Shown: positions 12,245-22,398 of the stretch, one piece after another | How the letters are laid out: each line of letters begins with the position of its first letter | Numbering within the stretch: the first letter of the stretch is position 1 | Position numbers and translations under genes: made by a program | The notes under the pieces: generated by a model | What the model was told of the DNA's origin: nothing | What the model saw: the letters and a program-made list of their open reading frames with translations, nothing else | Database searches by the model: none | Source: Calcarisporiella thermophila CBS 279.70 | Taxonomy: Eukaryota; Fungi; Calcarisporiellomycota | Length of the DNA: 50,516 bases | Assembly: GCF_041956535.1 (NCBI RefSeq) | Contig: NW_027192206.1 | Span: 664,670 to 715,185 of the forward strand | Direction: 5' to 3'

Positions 12245-13847
12245 TCTATTTCATTATTTCGTTGAAAAGTGAAAATATTGGGGGCCGATGTGCTGTCTTT
12301 TGCCGCTTTAACACTGTATAGGCAATCTGAAATAATGTATGGTTTGAATATCTTCCATATTATTTGATTTCACACTCTTGGTCGGATTGTAGAGCCCACG
12401 GTTTCATAAAATTTACGATAGCATTAGTAAATGATAAGCTATTCCCAGCTTATCGATTCAGCGCAATAAAATATCCAAGCCATTTGAAGGAGTGAGGCCT
12501 ATTCTTGATTTATTTTGGATTAACTCTCCAGAATCTCGCCAACATGATTATGGATAGACACAGTTTGTTATGCTTGTCGGATAGGCATTTTTGTTTAGCG
12601 GAAAGCTTGGCTGCCTATGTAGTCTTTTTAACTATTCTTACTCGTGCAACAGCGTGGGAGAAAGTGGGTTGCAATATTCAATACTGTATGGTAACATAGT
12701 TTCATGTATAGATGCAAGAATGGAAGTATTCTAACCAGCATGTTTGCAACATTGAGATGATTTTATGCTAATAAACAAATGTGTTCTTCGTCAATTAAAC
12801 ACACATTGAACGGAGTATATTTACGAAAGGACGAGGATGCTAGATAAAGTCAACAACAAATCTCCTCCTTATTGATACATTTTGGCTATGATTCTATTTC
12901 GTGGTCCGTCAATATATCCAACTGAAATGATTTAATAACATGTTCCACTCGATTGGGATTCAAGAACTGATTTCTCAACATTACGACCAATAATACGAAA
13001 TTTCAGCCTCGCATCAAATCTACAGCTTTTGTGATATATCTCTATAGTATGCTTATCTTCACAACCAATAAGATTGATATGCATTTTAAGCATACTATTA
13101 TCAGTGTACACTTAAGTATAGGCTTAGAAAAATTCAAGCCCGATGGCACAAAATACTGATAATACTAATTTAAGCATTGGTCTTATAGTTATCAAGATGA
13201 TCCGTTTTTATTTCACAAGCTTCTTCGTCCGGCATTATACGTCTTTCACCCATCATGTTAATAACCAAATATCTTAGGTAACATACTCTCTTTGTCTTGG
13301 ATAAATCTAAATCAGCAAACAATACAATAGGGCAAAAATCAGAGGCAAAAAAGCTAGCTTCACCAATAAATGGGATCATATGACTAAGAATCATGTATTT
13401 GGGTGATAGAAGATCACAAGTAGGCGTGCAAAATTAGGTTGGTTTAATGTTTGGGCTTCATGTTTTTGAGCTCTGTGACCGTTTCTAATACTCTGTTTTG
13501 CGGAGTAGGCTGCGTTATATGTTGACCAATAGGAAGAAAAAGATGGAGCTCCACTATACTCCTTAACTCTAGGAGTGCCACAAACGTGTGAACATGCGAA
13601 TTTGGGCTTGAAATCGAGGCTAATATACTCTTAAATGTGCGCCCTTTTAAGCCAATTTTATCTTAAACACGCCTTTTTTGACCTTGATTTTGGAGCTCTG
13701 GGAATTCTAGTCAGCCATATTTTAGAGCCAAGAAATATATAAGCCATCACCTACTGCTTATTTTATCATGCATCGCCTTGTCGTTTTTTTCTTTTTTGCA
13801 CATTTATTTTTGATTCGATCTAGTTTACATAGGAATAACGGAGAAAG

Positions 13848-14167
13848 ATGGGTAACTTTTAAGCAATTTCTCAACTTTTTAGCGGCTTATAAAAGCCGGC
13901 GTTTTTATTAAGATTTTCTCTATAGTGACCATGGACAAATACCTCAAAGCACAATTGGATTATTTGAAGGAGGATTATAACAAATTCGATAGCGAAGACA
14001 AATCCCAAGATAACATCGAAGCAGGCGTAATGACTTTGAAAGCAGCGCAAAATGTTCTAGAAACGGTCAAGGACCATACTGTGAACAACGATAATTTATA
14101 TGTATTTAAGAAGCTCACCTTTAATTTAAGAACAATATTGCTTCATATGGGTGCTCGTGACATTTAG
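13848..14167 (+). CDS. Small orphan helical protein (~81 aa, probably 2 exons)
   Basis: ATG-G at 13848-13851 and GT-AG intron 13852-13925 join in frame to MVTMDKYLKAQLDYLKEDY...; TATA-like ATATATAAG near 13735. Confidence 0.45.
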
Positions 14168-16077
14168 CGAAGACAATTAATGCACAAGGGAGCCAGTATA
14201 TCTAGCATAATATCATATAGCAAAATCTTCATTTTATTCAGTTATCTTAATTATATGTAATATACCACCTCAAGTAATAAATAACCAGCACTTTCATAGC
14301 CTCAATACAATCCAAATCATTGCAATTCAAAGTGAATTTTTTTTTGGTGCCTCCATGCTGCAACCACCAGGCAGTAATTGCTCCATTTTTACGCTCCCCT
14401 ATGGCAAGTGGTATGGCACCAGTCAAACAATTACCAGGATCAATATGATCGCTTCTAGATACTCGCAATAGCTCTGATGCCCATTCACTGCAGCCTGTCA
14501 AACTTATACTGTGCTGACTTTGATATACAGATGTAGTACATGGGTTATCATCAAAATTTCTTTCCGATAAATGAGATTCTGCAAGCGTCTAGGTGAACCA
14601 AAGAGACTCGCTATTTTCCAATAATCCTTTAATGGGCCTCGAGCTACCATTACAGTGCCATTAGGTAGAGCCTGCTTAAGAGTGTCCAGCATAATTGTTG
14701 CTGCATCCTTCGCAGCCATTTTTCCGCCTTCTAATTCACACCTCAAGTACGCACATGGTGGCTTAATTGGCAGCTGTAGAGCATGCAGATTCTTGTTTAG
14801 TCGGTGCCACAATTTTTCTGGCCAAGATGTTTTGCAGCTACAACGTCCGCCCAATGTGAGAACGATCCACAATGCGAGAGGGAAAGATTTAACGACAGGT
14901 TTGACTACCTCCAATAGATGCGCAGATTTCACATATTTAAGCTTGTCTTGTCCCAAATCTGTTGTAATCTTCATAGTGTCGTTCCATCCAAGTATAATAT
15001 GTGCGGTTTGTGCCATACACTCAACACATGCTATTGCAGACCGACGCAACTTGCTATTATAGACATGATGTAACCCCCCTACGCTCAAACAAGCGTGAGG
15101 ATAACCTATCCATGCATATTGAGCAGCTGTATCGACCACCCATACTGGGGGACGCCTATACCATATCTCGGATAGTAAATGTAGGAAAAAACTCCCAATA
15201 TGGGATGCTCTACTATACCCAGCTTCGGCTGCACCATCACTTAGTAATTGCATGAATCTACCCGCACAGGATCTTATTGCTGTTTGCACCGGATGACCAC
15301 CTATTGTGACATGGGCTCTGCATGCTGCATATTGCCATCTGATTAACGGCGAGCCGGTGCGTGATAACCTCGCAGCATTGAGGGTAATTCTAGCCTGCAG
15401 GTTTGATGTCCTGTAGTTAACATTCGGCCTAGTATCCTCCAGTTGTTGTTCATGTGACGATCGTTCTATATCTAGTAGTATCGATCTCTGATAGCCACGT
15501 GAATCAGGAGGATCAATGATAATTCCACACTCCAGATTTATTGACATGCACACCATGAATATTCCCCCGGATACTGCGAATACACAGGTACGCCAATGCC
15601 AAGGGCCACCATACTCACGGCTTGCTGCCAAAGTAGATTGCCATGAGCAGTGATAAACCACCTACCCGCAGCCTTGCTCATCATCAGAACCGTGGCATCC
15701 CCTGGCTGTATAGACGTAAAGTAATGAAGTGCAGTCATTCCGCCACCACGTTTGCAAGGTCCTCCAGGGAACTCTTGCGCGCGCGAAGGCCTAATTTGGA
15801 TGATTTTGCGCGTGACTTGGTCGAAAAGTATCCCGTCTCCTCTTGGCTCCCACCGCTCACTCTGAACGCAGACGGGTAATAATCCATTTTCTTTGCCTTC
15901 AGAGGCCAGCCATACCGGGTCGATGTTGGAGGACGACCAGGCATGATCTAAGTCTGAATAGTCGTTGTGTTACGACGATTATTTCATACTTATACAAATA
16001 TGTATAAGCATGTATCTTATCATCATTATTAGTCATCATCACCTATTCTATCATATATATAGGATGTGCTTTCTCTC

Positions 16078-16664
16078 TTTTGAATTCCTTTGGTGTGTGT
16101 TATTTGTGTTATCCCTTATGACTGTTTTTCATTCCTTTTTATCAATATACTCTTATTAAAATCCAACAGATCAAGAGTCTCATTAACTATATTGCGCTCA
16201 CGTAGCAGGGCGCGCATACGCAGCGCCATCCATTCGTTCGATTGTTATGCCGGGTGGAGCGAACTATACGGCATAGGCGCTGCGTATGCGCGCCATGCTA
16301 CGTGAGCGCAATATNNNNNNNNNNNNNNNNNNNNNNNNNNNNNNNNNNNNNNNNNNNNNNNNNNNNNNNNNNNNNNNNNNNNNNNNNNNNNNNNNNNNNN
16401 NNNNNNNNNNNNNNNNNNNNNNNNNNNNNNNNNNNNNNNNNNNNNNNNNNNNNNNNNNNNNNNNNNNNNNNNNNNNNNNNNNNNNATGCCGGGTGGAGCG
16501 AACTATACGGCATAGGCGCTGCGTATGCGCGCCATGCTACGTGAGCGCAATATAGTTAATGAGACTCTTAATCTGTTGGATTTTAATAAGAGTATATTGA
16601 TAAAAAGGAAAGAAAAACAGTCATAAGGGATAACACAAATAACACACACCAAAGGAATTCAAAA
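16078..16664. repeat. 150-bp inverted repeat (arms 16078-16227 and 16515-16664)
   Basis: The arms are reverse complements with 3 mismatches by eye. The loop holds a further TATGCCG/CGGCATA hairpin. Confidence 0.92.
16315..16485. other. Assembly gap (171 N)
   Basis: Run of N flanked by an identical 68-nt sequence on both sides (16247-16314 = 16486-16553). Confidence 0.97.
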
Positions 16665-17694
16665 TTAAAATCAAAAAGTCGGGCACATACCTATGTTGTG
16701 GATCTAAGCACCTGTCTATTTTACACTCTAATAGTTTCAACACCTGCGGATGAGGTGGACGGGGTGGCCTCAGCGCACAGTCTTCATTCCCTGGCTGATC
16801 CGGAGTCAAAATTTCCTCTTCCCAACCTTCAGTGCCGGGCACAATCTCGTCACCTTCTTCAAAGCTTTTTCATTCCAGCTGTCCTCTTCTCCAGTCCACC
16901 AGTCTGACATGCTCTCGAATGATCGTGCCTGCATCACTTCAGATCCTTCAGTTATATCTGCTACCTCCGGATCAGTTGCCCCTGAATTAGAAGGTGTACC
17001 GCTAGAATATATCACCTCCTGCAAAGGATCCTGAGTGCACTCATCATTCAATTTCATCGTGGCATCATGATCTTCGTCGTTCCATATTCCTTCGTTGAAG
17101 CCATTCAAAGCATCCACCTTCTGTAATTGTGCCACTGGCGAAGAGACTGGTGTGATCGCTGCTTGCGACACTAGGAAAGCGGCTGGGTTAGGCCATATAT
17201 AATGGTTCAATTGCTCTGCGTTCATTATTGGATCATATAGCCTACGAGTAAGTATACAATAAACCGATCTAGATGACGTCTGTGCAAAATAATGTCTGGA
17301 GAAAGGGTGAAAATTTCTTTAGTAGCGAGCAATTTTTACAGAAAACTTTGTTAAAGTGGCATATTTTCGAGCACTTCGATGCGGTGGATAGAATCGTAGC
17401 AAAGAGGGTTTGTGATCTAGAATAGAGTAATAGCCTACGTAGAATGTTCGACTAATGTAGCTATTTCAAGTTAGATGAACTAGAATATTTCGGTTGGGTA
17501 GGCTACAGAAAAAAAAATAGCGGGAACAAAACTGGAAAAATCGAAGGAATATTACAAGTAAAAATAGCCTATATAACAACATCCATAACACTAGTGTCCC
17601 TTTTGGTCAAAGATTCATTTGAAGCCTTTATTATTGGTTTATCGTATTTACAGTCAACCTATTGCTGTTTTAAGGGTTGTACACGTTCGATTGT

Positions 17695-17753
17695 ATGAAA
17701 AATCGGTTATCATGATTAGAAAAACTTTCTAATCATGATAACTGATTTTTCAT
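17695..17753. repeat. 28-bp palindromic hairpin, possible MITE core
   Basis: ATGAAAAATCGGTTATCATGATTAGAAA-AAC-TTTCTAATCATGATAACTGATTTTTCAT, one mismatch. Confidence 0.8.
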
Positions 17754-19934
17754 TTTAGCTTAATTATTTAATAATCAAGCTAATCATGTGTCGCCAGTTC
17801 CTTTGGTTACTCACTTTTGATTTCGCGTATTTGCTGTTTGATTTTCTCATTCAAAGTATATTATCCCAGCACATCTTTTTGTGGATCCATTGTAGATTCA
17901 ACTCTACTTTTATTTCAACCCACTGGAGCATGAGAAAATTGCTGCTCTTTAAATCCCAGCAGAAATATTACTGATCCGTACTGTTTGATTCGAAGAGGAC
18001 GGTTAAGCTGAATGGGAATATGGATATTAAAAATAAAACCCACACACATTACTACCTGATTAAGGAAATCCAGATGGAGTTAGGATATTTTATATTTTGA
18101 ACAGCGTAGCGGAATATATTACCCCCAGTTTGGTTTTAAAAATAGAATATTACTATTCTAGATATCGGGACTTCTTCTATTGTGAGTTCTGCATTCAATT
18201 GCTCAAGCTTTCGAATAGGAAAAATTCATTGTAATTACCTAGTTAGATTAGCATTCATTCCCAGTCAAATAATCCTCTATCAGTAGATGAAGGTCACAAA
18301 TCTTTGACAAACTCCTGGGTTGTGAATAATAGCGGATGCAAACAATTAGACAATTAACAATTAGATATTTCACGTTACTGCTTAAATTAATGAGATTTGG
18401 TGAAGTGATATGTTCTTTGATCGGCTATCTGATTCTCGTGAAAGTTACGATTGGAACCAAGAGTACTGATCTATATCACGCGGTCCTCAATAAGTGTACT
18501 CGCCGATTTGAACCGATCTCGTAATCATTATTGTTATCAGGAAAGGTGATAGGCAGGATCAGTTTATACATACAATTTCACTCTTATATGGAATCATGCT
18601 TTATATGTTCTACTATCAAACCGGGTATGGCAGTCACAAGATCACCACTAAATGCGATAGAGATGCAGACTCGGTTTTGGAAATCTTTCTATGTGCATTT
18701 GGTATACTCTTTCCAAAAATCGATGGATAAATGAATACAGCACAAATGTGCCCTGGGGAACTTGTTCTCTAACGAAGTAAAAGGCCTACGGTATCACAGT
18801 ATTGGCTTTATCCGATTTGACAGTGGTTTTACGGAAGAGGGTTTCAGATTGCATAAAAAGGCTCCCAAAATTAGAGCTTGCATCACGACAGGGAATGGTG
18901 GTAAACTGGTAAGTAGAATGTCCGCTCTGATCTTAGGAGGGCTGAGGATTTACTGTACGTCCACAATGTCACTATAACTCAATGAAGTCCAAACGGCAGT
19001 ACTTTTCTATCAAATATTCATCGATCTTTCATATGCTTTTTTACTTTTAATTACCTAATGTTCATGCACTTACTCAACCATGTATTTGTGCTTATTTGTG
19101 CTTATTTGTGTTTCGCCTCCATTATATAGTTTGTGCCTTTGGTTTATCTCTCGTCACTTCTTACTTTGATTTAAGTAAAACAAATTCTCAAGAGTCGTTG
19201 AAATAATATTATGCGTGATTTCTATTGAAATTATAATTGAGATCGGGGACAATAATACTACATAAATTAAGGAGCTAGGATGAGTGTAAAGTATATTGTA
19301 TATGTGTTTTTATGGTTAGATTTAATACTTAATCGCCTTTTGTAATTAGAATGACTGTTGTACCCAACTAAAGATTATTACGATAATGCTACTACGTAGA
19401 GGGATGAACCACCCGAGTCTTACAAATCTAAGCCATGGCTTTGACGCCTAAACTTACCCCAACCCATTCGATGTTAACGATACTCTATGCCACTGTTATA
19501 ATAATTAGGAACCAGAGATGGGTGAAAAGTTGGATCTCTTAGGTTAGAAAGTAACCTAAGTAACCCAACCATCACATAAATTCTATCATAAAATCTTCTC
19601 CCCAATAAACATGGTAAAAGAAACTATTATTATTAAAAATCAGCCTAAGTAACTCACCCAATTTTAATCTGCGTTACCATAATATACTAATTTGGTATCA
19701 TCCCATCCATCTTTTTGAGGCTTTGCTTTTTTGAGTCAGTCATTATATGAATGAATACTTTTCTCGTTTGACCGCAATCTACAGCCAAAAGTGAGGATCG
19801 AATAATTTTTGTGCCTCAGAAAGGATACAGTTCATTTCGTGAAATAAAAGGTATCCTTTCTTAGGTCAACATTAATAAACAAGATATTCAAAAATATAAA
19901 GTTCGAATAAAATTATTTATCGAAATTTCACAAG

Positions 19935-21665
19935 CTAAGTGCGCGAGCAGTTAAGATCATCGGTCCAATCCTCACTACCTACACAATGCCAGCACGTAAA
20001 CAGCCCTTGAGGATCAACTGAATTTTTAATTGCCTTGAGCCGCGGATAGTTTGCACCAAAGTAGGATTTTTGCCATTCTGGATCATTAGGATCGGATTCA
20101 TTAATATAACAGCCGGAATCAGGTGTAATATCCTTGAGTAACTGCGTTGCACGTGTTGTTGCTTCGTTCCGGCGACCAATTTCTTCCATCGTAGCATTAT
20201 CTTCCCAGCTACTCACCATGATAACATGCAATAGTGCCTTTCGCCATGCAGGATTAACTGAAGTTTCATTGTTATTATTCCTTGCAACGGCTCCTCCGGC
20301 AACTAAATGGCCAATAATCAACTTGTCAGTAAGCGGCGCCGTCAGTACTTTTATGAGGGTATCCGATAATTGATCGAGTGAATCATCAGTTTCGAAATTA
20401 CTCCTTGGGATCAGCCTTGATCCAGAAGCTGCGTTGCCACCCACGGGATCTGTGCACAAGGTATTGTTCATACATTTGGTAGTAAAATACCAGCTGGTGT
20501 AGTTGGGAAATGCAAACATATTTCCAAAGAGGACAGAAAGTCCTTGGTGATTATTTGCAAACGATACTAATGGCGAGAAGGATGAGTTAGCTTGAGACAT
20601 GTTGGCTATCGGATTAAGATAAGCAATAGCGGTCATTTTTTCCATAATATAAAAATAGCCTGCCCATCCAGCATCCGACATTGAAGGTTGTAGTCTCATT
20701 AATTCCCGCGTCAGATCCCTAGTGCTGGCCGTATCATTCGTTTGAATGCCGTAGAATGCAGCTATTACACCATTGGGTTCCTTGTAAGTTTTTAGAGTCG
20801 CTGACACCACAACACCAAAAGTGCCGCCACCTCCACCACGCAATGCCCAAAATAAGTCTTTATTCTGGCACGAGTTTGCAGTGCGCAATTTTCCGTCCGC
20901 TGTGACGACTTTATACTCCAATACGTTATCTGAGCCCAATCCATGGAGAGGAGATATCGCGCTATGACCTCCGCCTTGAACATAAGCACCAGCTGCACCC
21001 ACAGTCTGCGATGAACCACCCACCACGACCAAACCGCGCTCCCCGGCTGCCCGATACACATCACCAAATTGAACGCCGGCTTCCACCGTGATAGCTGAGT
21101 GTGGTTCGAAGTTCTTGCAGTTTTCAGGGGTGAACTGGTCGTGGAAGGTGATATTTCTGAAATAATGGGTCCAGATGCTAAGTGCACCTGAAGCCGTGCT
21201 ACGGCCATGTCCTGAGGACTTTACTACTAAACGAAGACGCTTTTCTGCTGCAAATACAACCGTTTTCTTGATGTCCTCGACATTGCTGACATTCACTGCA
21301 TATACAGGAACAGAACCTTGCAAGCAGGGTGTATTTTTATCTGTGTCGAGAGCACATCCTCGATCACCATCCATTTCCAAGGAAGATTTCTGCATGGCTC
21401 CTACATGGTCACTACGCCAAAAAGAGTTGTTGCGATTTAGCTTAGCTAGTTGGCATGCCCCCTCATCGTAGTGTGGCTCGTGGCAAGGAAATCCAGGGGG
21501 TTTCGGCATTAGCAATCGACCACCAACGGACACATTGAAGCTATTCCATTCATTGGGACTTGGCCAGCAATCGCTGTTAGGCAAACAGCGACATTGAAGT
21601 GATGCGTGGGAAAAGAGGTGAGATGTGAAAAAGTATATAGAGATAAATGCAAGATGTTTAAACAT
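19935..21665 (-). CDS. Secreted FAD-linked oxidoreductase (FAD_binding_4 + BBE-like), intronless, 576 aa
   Basis: Signal peptide, CRCLP..CWP, VQGGGHS, LFWALRGGGGGTFGVV, YINESD...YFGANYPRLKAIK..DPQGLF. The FAD-attachment motif reads SGHGRS, 3 residues short. Confidence 0.92.
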   Translation of the reverse strand: MFKHLAFISIYFFTSHLFSHASLQCRCLPNSDCWPSPNEWNSFNVSVGGRLLMPKPPGFPCHEPHYDEGACQLAKLNRNNSFWRSDHVGAMQKSSLEMDGDRGCALDTDKNTPCLQGSVPVYAVNVSNVEDIKKTVVFAAEKRLRLVVKSSGHGRSTASGALSIWTHYFRNITFHDQFTPENCKNFEPHSAITVEAGVQFGDVYRAAGERGLVVVGGSSQTVGAAGAYVQGGGHSAISPLHGLGSDNVLEYKVVTADGKLRTANSCQNKDLFWALRGGGGGTFGVVVSATLKTYKEPNGVIAAFYGIQTNDTASTRDLTRELMRLQPSMSDAGWAGYFYIMEKMTAIAYLNPIANMSQANSSFSPLVSFANNHQGLSVLFGNMFAFPNYTSWYFTTKCMNNTLCTDPVGGNAASGSRLIPRSNFETDDSLDQLSDTLIKVLTAPLTDKLIIGHLVAGGAVARNNNNETSVNPAWRKALLHVIMVSSWEDNATMEEIGRRNEATTRATQLLKDITPDSGCYINESDPNDPEWQKSYFGANYPRLKAIKNSVDPQGLFTCWHCVGSEDWTDDLNCSRT

Positions 21666-22398
21666 TTTGCAATAGAGAGGGCCTATATCAACTTAGATTA
21701 AATCGTTTTTCACACGATTTACTGTGGCAAATGCTTAATACTTGTAGAAAGTTTACTAAATGTATAACGTTGCACTGATAAAAATCGAAAGGAATGTGTG
21801 TAAAAGGAGTAACTGTTTTTAAATGGAGTGTGAGTATTTCAACCGTCCGATTGAAACATCGATTTTAAGAAATTGATTTCTTAATAAGGAAACCACAGCC
21901 TCGTCAGTGGTTACGGTTACACAGCGCAGCCAAGTGCAATAGAATATTTCCTAGAACTCTGCTTGACATCATATAAATCGATATGCCAAGATATAAAAGA
22001 AAGTTTTCTTGGTTCTATTCCATTGTATCAGTTCAAAGAACACGGTCCAGCATTTTTTATCATTTTCATTAAATCACATATAAAATCATATACTATATTA
22101 ATTATTAATTTATGCCAAGTTATGACTCAAGAGTGTTTGTTTGGTTCTCTTTCAGTCTGCCAGTCCACAAATAAAAATTAGTAATCTCAAGAGAGTACAA
22201 TTTGCACCGATCGCGATATACGGTAAATCAAACTCTCATACATAATCAAATGTAAACGAGGTATTTAATGCCTATAAACTCTGCCTTAATTTTTCTTGCT
22301 GAAAAAATATACAATAAAAACTCTTCTGTGTTTATATTTGACAAAATTTACAATCAAGTGCATACTTCAGGAAGGATGGCTAAAAAAAAGACTCCCTG

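Larger units (their letters stand above)
15924..16677 (+). mobile_element. LTR-retrotransposon-derived insertion (LTR + PBS + foldback), probably Ty1/copia type
   Basis: 245-bp LTR 15924-16168 with TGTTGGA...TCCAACA termini and a TATA box. PBS at 16169-16183. Flanks GTCGA (15919-15923) and GTCGG (16678-16682) correspond to the single GTCGG of the empty site in copy B, giving a 5-bp TSD with one mismatch. Confidence 0.8.
14247..17483 (-). pseudogene. Unknown intronless ~740-codon gene, copy A (candidate endogenous viral element), frameshifted and split by an LTR-derived insertion
   Basis: ORF pieces 17225-16806, 16842-16683, 15918-15538, 15540-14550 and 14550-14247 join with 1-2 nt frameshifts. 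It is collinear with copy B, including ~260 nt of upstream leader. Confidence 0.75.

Noticed and set aside
14540-14570. Programmed -1 frameshift in copy A
   Set aside because: GAAATTTT is not in X XXY YYZ phase with the upstream frame, and the copy has other lesions, so a simple deletion is more likely.
16242-16555. ORFs spanning the N-run
   Set aside because: Artefacts of translating Ns.
19395-19715. hAT-like MITE (CAGAGATGGG, short hairpins)
   Set aside because: No convincing terminal inverted repeat pair or TSD.
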